A stretch of DNA of 64,000 bases from a virus (lineage: Duplodnaviria; Caudoviricetes), in the IMG/VR virus record IMGVR_UViG_3300023296_001079, positions 147-64,146 of that record; one strand, written 5' to 3'. Shown piece after piece: positions 57,247-64,000 of this stretch (the first letter of the stretch is position 1; each line of letters opens with the position of its first letter). A program made the position numbers and the translations under genes. A model generated the notes under the pieces. That model did not search any database, was not told the DNA's origin, and saw only the letters and a list, made by a program, of their open reading frames with translations.

Positions 57247-57299
57247 CTTTTATACCTTCAGGGAGTGGCCCCGGAGGCTCAAACAGGAAGAACAGATTC

Positions 57300-58880
57300 A
57301 TGGCTTCTTTCAAGCTTTCCGAGCAACAGCAAAATGTCATCGACTGGGTCAAGAGTGGCTCCGGTTCCATGATCCTCAAAGCCCGCGCCGGGTGTGGCAA
57401 GACCTTTGTCCTGCGGCAGGTCATTATGACCATCGCCAAGGCCTACCCCCAGGCGGAGACCTTCTGTGGTGCCTTCAACAAGGCCATTGCGGGCGAGATT
57501 GCCGAGGCCGTCAAGGAGGACTTTAAAGCAGAGGGTCTGCCCTTCGACTGGAAGAAGATTGGTGTCTCCACCCTGCACAGTGCCGGGTTCTCCGCATGGC
57601 GTTACAAGGCCAAGAACAAGGACCTGAAGGTCAACGAGAAGAAGGTCGCGGAGATTTTTGAGGCCATGGTCAAAGCCCTGACCCCCAGGGCGGTCCAGGA
57701 TGAAATGTTCAAAGCCACCTCCGTGGTCCTGGACTTGGTCAGCTACGCTAAACAGCGCGGATTCGGTTTCCTGGTGGAGATTGATGACACCAAGGAGTGG
57801 TTCGACATGGTTGACCATTTCGGTGTCGAGGAAGTCCCCGCCGGTACGGACGCGGTCATTGAGTGGGCCAAGACGGCTCTGAAGACCTCCATTTCCCAGG
57901 ACTGGGACGTCATTGATTTTGACGATATGCTGTTGGCCCCTCTGGTCCACGGTGCCCGCTTCTTCGGCAAGGACTGGGTCCTGATTGACGAGGCCCAGGA
58001 CACCAACCCCGTCCGCCGGGCCCTGGCCCTGGCCCTGCTGAAGCCCAAGACAGGCCGCTTGATTGCGGTGGGTGACGAGGCCCAGGCCATTTATGGCTTC
58101 ACGGGTGCCGACAGCGACAGCCTGGACCAGATTCAGAAGTCCCTGGGCGCGGTGGTCATGCCTTTAAATACCACCTACCGCTGCCCCAAGGCCGTGGTTG
58201 AGTTCGCCCAGCAATTCGTGTCCGATATCAAAGCCCATGAGTCCGCCCCCCAGGGGTCCGTGGAATACGTTGACGTCCTGCCCCAGGAGTCTCTGACCGC
58301 TGCCGATGCCATCCTGTGCCGCAACACGGCCCCGCTGGTGTCTCTGGCCTTCGGTCTGATCCGGGACGGAATCGGCTGCAAGGTCGAGGGCCGCGACATT
58401 GGCAAGGGCCTGATCGCCCTGGCCACCCGGTGGAAGATCAAGACCACCTCCGAGTTGCGGGCCCGGCTGGACGCCTACCTGTCCCGGGAGACCACCAAGT
58501 GGTTGGCCAAGGACCGGGAGGAGATGGTTCAGGCCGTGGACGATAAGGTCCAGACCCTGTTCTTGCTGATCGGGCGTTTGGCCCTGGAGCAAAAGCACCT
58601 GATTTCGGACGTGGTGGATACCATCCAGTCCCTGTTTGGGGATGACGTCTCCGGGGCGGGCCTCCTGACACTGGCCACGATACACCGGTCGAAAGGCCGC
58701 GAGTGGCCCACGGTCTACTGGTACGCTCCGGAGTTGTGCCCGAGCCCTTGGGCCCGGAAGGACTGGCAGGTAGTCCAGGAGGAGAATCTGCAATATGTCG
58801 CGGCCACCCGGGCCATGGACCGTCTGGTCTTCGTCCCGGGCCCGCCCAAGGCCAAGGCCAAGGCCAAGGCCAAGAAATAG
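57300..58880 (+). CDS. Second UvrD-like SF1 helicase
   Basis: ARAGCGKT, AFNKAIA, IDEAQD, VGDEAQAIYGFTGAD, TIHRSKGREW, YVAATRA. Confidence 0.92.
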   Translation: MASFKLSEQQQNVIDWVKSGSGSMILKARAGCGKTFVLRQVIMTIAKAYPQAETFCGAFNKAIAGEIAEAVKEDFKAEGLPFDWKKIGVSTLHSAGFSAWRYKAKNKDLKVNEKKVAEIFEAMVKALTPRAVQDEMFKATSVVLDLVSYAKQRGFGFLVEIDDTKEWFDMVDHFGVEEVPAGTDAVIEWAKTALKTSISQDWDVIDFDDMLLAPLVHGARFFGKDWVLIDEAQDTNPVRRALALALLKPKTGRLIAVGDEAQAIYGFTGADSDSLDQIQKSLGAVVMPLNTTYRCPKAVVEFAQQFVSDIKAHESAPQGSVEYVDVLPQESLTAADAILCRNTAPLVSLAFGLIRDGIGCKVEGRDIGKGLIALATRWKIKTTSELRARLDAYLSRETTKWLAKDREEMVQAVDDKVQTLFLLIGRLALEQKHLISDVVDTIQSLFGDDVSGAGLLTLATIHRSKGREWPTVYWYAPELCPSPWARKDWQVVQEENLQYVAATRAMDRLVFVPGPPKAKAKAKAKK

Positions 58881-58891
58881 GAGGAGGCATA

Positions 58892-58999
58892 ATGATGGCC
58901 CCCTTCCTCCAGGGGATTCTCCTCCTGGCCTTTATTGTCTGCCTTGTTTGGCTCACGGTGGACCAGTTCCTTTTAGCTATTGTGAGGACGATGGGATGA
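58892..58999 (+). CDS. Small membrane protein
   Basis: GGAGG RBS; single hydrophobic helix. Confidence 0.5.
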   Translation: MMAPFLQGILLLAFIVCLVWLTVDQFLLAIVRTMG

Positions 59000-59130
59000 A
59001 GAAGAAGGAGTGGAAGTGGGCCGTCTTCATGTGGAGCATGTGGGGGGCGGCGGTGTGCGTGTTCCTGGGGATCATTGCCCTGGGAATATGGGTTCTGGTC
59101 CATGTGGCTTCAGGTGGCTGCCCCACATGA
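58996..59130 (+). CDS. Small membrane protein
   Basis: ATGA-coupled; KKKEWKW followed by a hydrophobic helix. Confidence 0.5.
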   Translation: MKKKEWKWAVFMWSMWGAAVCVFLGIIALGIWVLVHVASGGCPT

Positions 59131-59333
59131 TTGACCCCGGGACCCCTGTGGTGGCCGTCTATATGTTCGTGGCGGTTATCTTCGGCCCCGTCTTCGGGGT
59201 GGACCACTTCGTCCAGGAGAACCTGACCCGGGAGGAGTGTGAGTGGATGCAGGAGGACGCCAAGCTTCTCATGAGGGCCCCGCATATCACGTTCCTGGAA
59301 ACATCATGCTGGATAAAGGACAAGGAAGAATGA
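59127..59333 (+). CDS. Small membrane-anchored protein
   Basis: ATGA-coupled; N-terminal hydrophobic segment, two Cys. Confidence 0.5.
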   Translation: MIDPGTPVVAVYMFVAVIFGPVFGVDHFVQENLTREECEWMQEDAKLLMRAPHITFLETSCWIKDKEE

Positions 59334-59668
59334 GCGGGACGACTGTTTCCTATATCATCCTGGCCATTGTGACGGTGCCGTTTTGCGCGGCCAGCAAGAC
59401 CACATTTGGCTCCCGGGTGGCGTCCACGTTCCTGACCATGTGGAGCCTGGGGTGGGCGATATATTTTCCCCTGACCCCAGAGGCGATTCTATGGACATAC
59501 CTGGACCTAGCGGTGGCCACGGCCCTGTGGCCCCTGGATGACCAGATTGACGAGCGGAGCCCTGTGGTCAGGACCTGTCTGGCCTACCTGTTCCCCGCCC
59601 TGTTGTGTGCCTTTCTGCTGGGGGCACTACTGCATGGGGCAAAAATGTTCCGGCCCCGCAAAAGCTAA
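59330..59668 (+). CDS. Multi-pass membrane protein
   Basis: ATGA-coupled; about four hydrophobic segments. Confidence 0.55.
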   Translation: MSGTTVSYIILAIVTVPFCAASKTTFGSRVASTFLTMWSLGWAIYFPLTPEAILWTYLDLAVATALWPLDDQIDERSPVVRTCLAYLFPALLCAFLLGALLHGAKMFRPRKS

Positions 59669-59676
59669 AGGAGACG

Positions 59677-60021
59677 ATGATGAAAGTAGTTGACCCAGGC
59701 CACACCTATATCATGAGGGATATAGACGGAACCGGGATTCAATATATCCAATTTGTGAAGCGAGAAGGGGACAACTATCCAGGAAATACTGGAAGCCGTC
59801 CTGGGATTCTCTGTCAGGAGGCCCTTCGAGTTCTTATTAACCGGTGCGAATACTTGAATAATCAAATACCCTGCGCCGAAACGGAAGCTATTATTGCCAA
59901 CCTGCGGGCAGCTTTCCTTGCTTTCGAGGTCAGGGCAGCGCGGGTCCGGGGTGAGGTCATTGACCTGCCAAGGAGGCGGCCAACCAGGAGCATTTGGAGG
60001 CCAAGAGGCCGGAACCTGTGA
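59677..60021 (+). CDS. Acb2/Vs.4-like protein (candidate cyclic-nucleotide sponge)
   Basis: GH.Y, IQFVK, G...QE.LRVLINR..YL....PC.E....I..L..A....E.R pattern. Confidence 0.5.
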   Translation: MMKVVDPGHTYIMRDIDGTGIQYIQFVKREGDNYPGNTGSRPGILCQEALRVLINRCEYLNNQIPCAETEAIIANLRAAFLAFEVRAARVRGEVIDLPRRRPTRSIWRPRGRNL

Positions 60022-60194
60022 AGAGGGAGCCCGTCCCCCAACAGTGTGGGACATGCCGATTCTGGAAGGACGAAAGGTGTAAAAAATACCCTCCCGTCCC
60101 TTTCGTGGTGGTAGAGGGCCACCGGCCCCGGTTTTATGCCGTTCAACCTAAGACCCAAAAAGAGGACACCTGTGGAGAGTTCAATTGGGTGTGA
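59994..60194 (+). CDS. Small Cys-rich protein
   Basis: CGTCRFW...C..YPP...P.T...D.CGEF. Confidence 0.55.
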   Translation: MEAKRPEPVKREPVPQQCGTCRFWKDERCKKYPPVPFVVVEGHRPRFYAVQPKTQKEDTCGEFNWV

Positions 60195-60611
60195 GGTATG
60201 GAGCGGGAAAGACCAGCCCAGGTTGCAAAACCAGAGGAATCGGCGCTAGGAAAAAGGTAACATTCTTGCGTGTCTCGCTTTAAAGCAGGAGGATATGAAC
60301 GCTTGACAGGAGGCTCTGGGAGGTAGACGCGGGCGCGGGGGATACGCGCGCATGACGCGAGGAGTTTTTTATGTGCGTGAATAATCGGTGGTTTTTGTCT
60401 TATTTGATCATTTGACCTGTTAAGGTGTTGAATAGAATAGGGTATTCGGCCCCCGGATTGGGTTTTTCCCATGCTATGAGGTGGGAGGATTCCGAGAGGC
60501 TAAAAAATAGAGGATTGAAAACAAACACCAAAAGACCCCTCCCGGACGTTTGATTGCACAGGTAAATTCTGCTAGGGTGGGTTTTTGCAACCAGTTTAGA
60601 AAGGGCAAGCG

Positions 60612-61247
60612 ATGACGCCGGAACAGATTGATATTCTCCGAGTCCTGTCGAGGGGTGACCCCAACAGTGACCCCGTGGTGACAACCAGCCCCGAGGACAA
60701 AGCGGTCCTTCGGGAAGCTAACCTGGGGGAGCGGGTCCTGGAATTGGAGGCGGCGGCTCTGCGGGCCTATTCGACTCTGCGGGCCTATAAAGGGCGGGCG
60801 ATGGACCTGGAGGCCGGGTTGGGTGTCGCGGAAAGTGAGGCCGTGACCCTGCGAGAACTGGTTGGGCACCTGAAGCCCAAGGTGGCGGACCAGCGGAAAC
60901 GGATGGAGGAACTGTCCGAACAGCTTCGGGACCGACCGGACCAGGACAAGCTGGATGCCCTGCGGGACGAGAACCGGGACCTGATTATAAACTTCGACAG
61001 GGAGACCGACTTGCTGGGGGAGAAGGCCGGGGAGTTGACCGAGGCTAAGAAACTGCTAGGGGAGGCCTTGTTCACGGTCTCACGGCACGCCGCCCGGAAT
61101 GAGGGGCTGGTGGAACGTCTGGAGGCAAGCCGGGACCATGCCAAGGAACTGGATAAGGGTAAATTGTCGGACGGATTGCCGGGGCCATCAGGACCCTGGG
61201 GCGGCAGCAGGGGTACACCGGGCTCCCGGTCCTGGATGAAGAGGTGA
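60612..61247 (+). CDS. Coiled-coil hypothetical protein
   Basis: 211-aa heptad-rich ORF. Confidence 0.65.
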   Translation: MTPEQIDILRVLSRGDPNSDPVVTTSPEDKAVLREANLGERVLELEAAALRAYSTLRAYKGRAMDLEAGLGVAESEAVTLRELVGHLKPKVADQRKRMEELSEQLRDRPDQDKLDALRDENRDLIINFDRETDLLGEKAGELTEAKKLLGEALFTVSRHAARNEGLVERLEASRDHAKELDKGKLSDGLPGPSGPWGGSRGTPGSRSWMKR

Positions 61248-61432
61248 CCATGGAGGACAAGGACGGGACGGTCAGAGAGGCCCATCGTATGACCTCCGCA
61301 TGGTTCCCAACCACGGAGGAGATTGAGGCCCTCCGGAATGGCGCGGCCTTTTATTTGATGCTTCTAACCACGGCCCACCCTCCTGTGGCTTTAAAGGTTG
61401 GGAACGCGGCACCGATGGACGAGGAGGGGTGA
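61244..61432 (+). CDS. Hypothetical protein
   Basis: M.SAW.PT.EEI.AL..GA...L.....HPPV pattern of small phage proteins. Confidence 0.6.
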   Translation: MTMEDKDGTVREAHRMTSAWFPTTEEIEALRNGAAFYLMLLTTAHPPVALKVGNAAPMDEEG

Positions 61433-61435
61433 CCC

Positions 61436-61807
61436 ATGAGGGAGAGCCTTCTGGCCCAGAACATCCAAAAGCTGCCCGGGGTGTTCTGGGTCCGGATAGA
61501 AAATAAACTTGCGGGTGGATTGCCGGATGCTATAGGTACATTTTACGGCCACACATTTTTTGCAGAGTTCAAGAGCCTGGACCGGTACTCTGAGAAGTTA
61601 GGGGCGACCAAGGAGCAACTGTTATGGCACAGAAGGTGGAACCGGCACGGAGGCGTGGCGCTGTTCATGATGAAGGCAAGGGAGGAGTTCCTTTGCGTGC
61701 GGCACAGCGACGGGGGAAACTCGATTCTGGCCTGCGGAAAGGCTTTAAAGCCCGTCTTCGGGAAGCAGTCCCTGTTGAGGATGTTGTACCTTGCGAGTTT
61801 GAGGTGA
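61436..61807 (+). CDS. VRR-NUC/PD-(D/E)xK nuclease (Holliday junction resolvase-like)
   Basis: MRES, RIEN....GLPD, FAEFK, Q..WH. Confidence 0.85.
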   Translation: MRESLLAQNIQKLPGVFWVRIENKLAGGLPDAIGTFYGHTFFAEFKSLDRYSEKLGATKEQLLWHRRWNRHGGVALFMMKAREEFLCVRHSDGGNSILACGKALKPVFGKQSLLRMLYLASLR

Positions 61808-62118
61808 CGGCGGCGGAGTATGACCTGTTGGAGGCCAAGCGGGAACGGGACCATTGTATTCGTGGCTGGCCGGAATGGAACATGGGGGCAGAGCCCAACC
61901 TGGGGGAGATTTGTTACCTGATCCGGTGCCGGATGGACGAGCGCATGAAGGACATGGCCAAGGATATTGGGACTTCCCATGTGACTATGATACGCTGGGA
62001 GCGCGGCAGGGGCAGGTGTTCCCGATTGTGGGACTACTGGGCAGAGCAGGGGTGGCGGTTACCTGTGGCGGCCCTTGAAAAGGCAAAGGCTTTAAATGAC
62101 GACCAAAGCACGCACTGA
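61804..62118 (+). CDS. Xre-like HTH protein
   Basis: MKDMAKDIGTSHVTMIRWERG. Confidence 0.6.
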   Translation: MTAAEYDLLEAKRERDHCIRGWPEWNMGAEPNLGEICYLIRCRMDERMKDMAKDIGTSHVTMIRWERGRGRCSRLWDYWAEQGWRLPVAALEKAKALNDDQSTH

Positions 62119-62494
62119 AAAGTCCAAGAAGGTCAAGTCCCGGAACAGGAATGTGGAGGCCAAGGCTGTGGCCCCCTTTCGTACCTGGGCAAACAAGCGG
62201 TCTTTCTCGGACAGTATCATGAGGTCCCTGGAGTCCGCTTCCAGATTCCCTGGGGAGAGAGCCCTGGAGGCTGTCACCAAGAAGCTGGTTCATATTGCCC
62301 TGGAGGATGGGCACCCGTACCAGTTCCAGGCCATCAAGGAGATAGGCGACCGACTGGAGGGCAAGCCCACCGTGAAGGTCGCCGGGGATGCTGAAGGAGA
62401 CCCCATTGGAATCACTGAGCAGTCCCGAGAACTCCTCATTTATAAACTCAACGCTATCGCTCGAAACCGAGAAGGAACGGGAAGCCTTCATTAG
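62096..62494 (+). CDS. Terminase small subunit
   Basis: Directly upstream of TerL; L...AL.G...AIKEI.DRLEGKP...V.GD..G.PI. Confidence 0.7.
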   Translation: MTTKARTEKSKKVKSRNRNVEAKAVAPFRTWANKRSFSDSIMRSLESASRFPGERALEAVTKKLVHIALEDGHPYQFQAIKEIGDRLEGKPTVKVAGDAEGDPIGITEQSRELLIYKLNAIARNREGTGSLH

Positions 62495-63725
62495 GAAGGC
62501 CACCCCGGAACAGGTTCACGACCTCCTCTATAATTGGCGATATTGGGCACGACCAGACCAGAGGCTTCCACCGGGGGCCTGGGTCACATGGTTGATTCTG
62601 GCAGGTCGAGGGTTCGGTAAGACCAGGACCGGGGCAGAGACTGTCCGGGCATTTGGACAATCCAAGACCTACAAACGCATGGCCTTGATTGCCCCAACGG
62701 CGGACGATGCCAGGGCCGTTATGGTGGAGGGCGAATCCGGTATTCTGGCTTGCAGCCCGCCCGGGGACCTCCCTTTGTACGAGCCGAGTAAGCGCCGACT
62801 TACCTGGGCGAGCGGGGCAATAGCCACCCTGTATTCAGCGGACGAGCCCAGACGCCTCCGTGGACCACAACATGACTTTGTCTGGGCGGACGAGATTTGC
62901 GCCTGGGAGTATCCAGAGACCTGGGACATGGCCCAGTTCGGCCTGCGGCTGGGCCACAACCCCCGGGCAATGGTTACGACCACCCCCAAGCCCGGCAGGC
63001 TGTTGAAGGGCCTTATGGAGGGCCTGGGGACCCATGTGACCCGGGGCAGCACCTACGCCAACCGTGACAACCTAGCGCCGGTATTCTTCCAGACGATTGT
63101 GAAGAAGTACGAGGGGACACGCCTGGGCCGCCAGGAACTGAACGCGGAAGTCCTGGACCAAGCAGAGGGAGCCTTGTGGACCAGGGACCTTGTTGAGAAG
63201 ACCAGGAGGAGCGACCACCCAGAGTTCAAGCGGGTGGTGGTGGGAGTTGATCCGGCGGTCACCAAGACGGACACCTCAGACGAGGTTGGTCTGATCGTTG
63301 GGGCCCTGGGAGTCGATGACAATGGCTATATTTTGGCAGACATGTCGGCCAAGATGACGCCCAACGAGACCTGCAAGAACGCTGTTGGTGCTTTAAAGGC
63401 CTGGGACGGTGACCGGATTGTGGCCGAGGTGAACAACGGCGGGGACTGGATTGAGTTGGGCCTGCGGCAGGTTGACAAAAACGTCCCATACAAGAAACTA
63501 CACGCCAGCCGAGGGAAGAAAGCCCGAGCGGAACCGGTGGCCGCCCTGTTCGAGCAACACCGTTGCCATTTGGTGGGCTCTTTCCCTGAATTAGAGGATG
63601 AACTATGTTCTTGGGAGCCGGACGGCAAGAGTGCAAGCCCGAATCGGCTGGACGCTTTGGCCTGGGTTGTCACCGAGTTGATGATTTCTGGCTCCGGTGC
63701 CTCTACCATGAGAGTCCGAGCCTAA
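62388..63725 (+). CDS. Terminase large subunit
   Basis: LAGRGFGKTRTGAE, LRGPQH..WADE, TTTPK, GTRLGRQEL, VGVDPA, SPNRLDA. Confidence 0.95.
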   Translation: MLKETPLESLSSPENSSFINSTLSLETEKEREAFIRKATPEQVHDLLYNWRYWARPDQRLPPGAWVTWLILAGRGFGKTRTGAETVRAFGQSKTYKRMALIAPTADDARAVMVEGESGILACSPPGDLPLYEPSKRRLTWASGAIATLYSADEPRRLRGPQHDFVWADEICAWEYPETWDMAQFGLRLGHNPRAMVTTTPKPGRLLKGLMEGLGTHVTRGSTYANRDNLAPVFFQTIVKKYEGTRLGRQELNAEVLDQAEGALWTRDLVEKTRRSDHPEFKRVVVGVDPAVTKTDTSDEVGLIVGALGVDDNGYILADMSAKMTPNETCKNAVGALKAWDGDRIVAEVNNGGDWIELGLRQVDKNVPYKKLHASRGKKARAEPVAALFEQHRCHLVGSFPELEDELCSWEPDGKSASPNRLDALAWVVTELMISGSGASTMRVRA

Positions 63726-63749
63726 AGGGCTATATTGGGATTTAAAGCC

Positions 63750-64000
63750 ATGCCTGTCGATACGCCTTGCCAGTCCTACCAGGAGAACATCGCCCAGTGG
63801 AGCCGGGTCCGAGACTGTTTGGCCGGGTCCGATGTGATCAAGAGCAAGGGAACGACATACCTGCCCAAGCCTGCCGGGCTGTCCAATTCAGACTTTGACG
63901 ATTACACCATGAGGGCCGAGTTCTACCCCGCCACTGCCAGGACCCTGGACGGTCTGGCCGGGGCGGTATTCCGCAAGGACCCCTTGATGACGGTCCCAGC
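63750..64000 (+). CDS. Portal protein, N-terminal part (runs off the window end)
   Basis: MPVDTPCQSYQENIAQWSRVRDCLAGSDVIK..G..YLP....DY..RAEFY..T.RTL.GL.G.VFRKDP is a typical DUF4055 portal N-terminus. Confidence 0.88.
   Translation, partial: MPVDTPCQSYQENIAQWSRVRDCLAGSDVIKSKGTTYLPKPAGLSNSDFDDYTMRAEFYPATARTLDGLAGAVFRKDPLMTVP

Noticed and set aside
223-63709. Numerous long antisense and alternate-frame ORFs in the track (e.g. 2323-3207, 29016-30065, 48212-49168, 53987-54766)
   Set aside because: Shadow ORFs expected in high-GC coding DNA; no motifs or codon anomaly. Only 39630-40010 showed independent support.
1-64000. Apparent abundance of CCWGG and GGNCC sites
   Set aside because: May simply reflect GC-rich codon usage; cannot be judged without k-mer statistics.
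1-64000. tRNA genes, integrase/att site, alternative genetic code
   Set aside because: No cloverleaf or recombinase recognised; genes are intact under code 11 and all three stop codons are used.

Overview
The window is an almost complete, circularly permuted genome of a GC-rich (roughly 60-65% by eye) siphovirus-type dsDNA phage. It begins inside the portal gene and ends with the start of that same gene; joining the two ends keeps the reading frame. The host is probably an alphaproteobacterium (inferred). Gene order: portal, giant MuF minor head protein, scaffold, major capsid, glycan-synthesis cluster, fibre/neck and tail genes, lysis, replication (SNF2, AEP primase, two UvrD, RecD/Dda, PolA), small early genes, terminase. 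I found no integrase. Highlights: (1) a nine-gene glycan toolkit inside the head/neck module (Maf-like, GT9, KpsS-like and GT8-like transferases, sulfotransferase, dioxygenase, two methyltransferases, KpsF isomerase), which together with Ala/Ser/Thr patches in structural proteins suggests virion glycosylation; (2) at least 74 copies of the palindrome TTTAAA, mostly CTTTAAAG, plus a second iterated motif AGCTAAA; (3) a 1816-aa MuF protein with repeats and a kinase-like effector domain; (4) a membrane-protein gene overprinted inside the endolysin; (5) an intact 3.2-kb IS1-family element with cargo genes; (6) a structured intergenic RNA with anti-RBS-like loops; (7) an Acb2-like anti-defence candidate. 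All calls come from motif recognition by eye; no searches were run.
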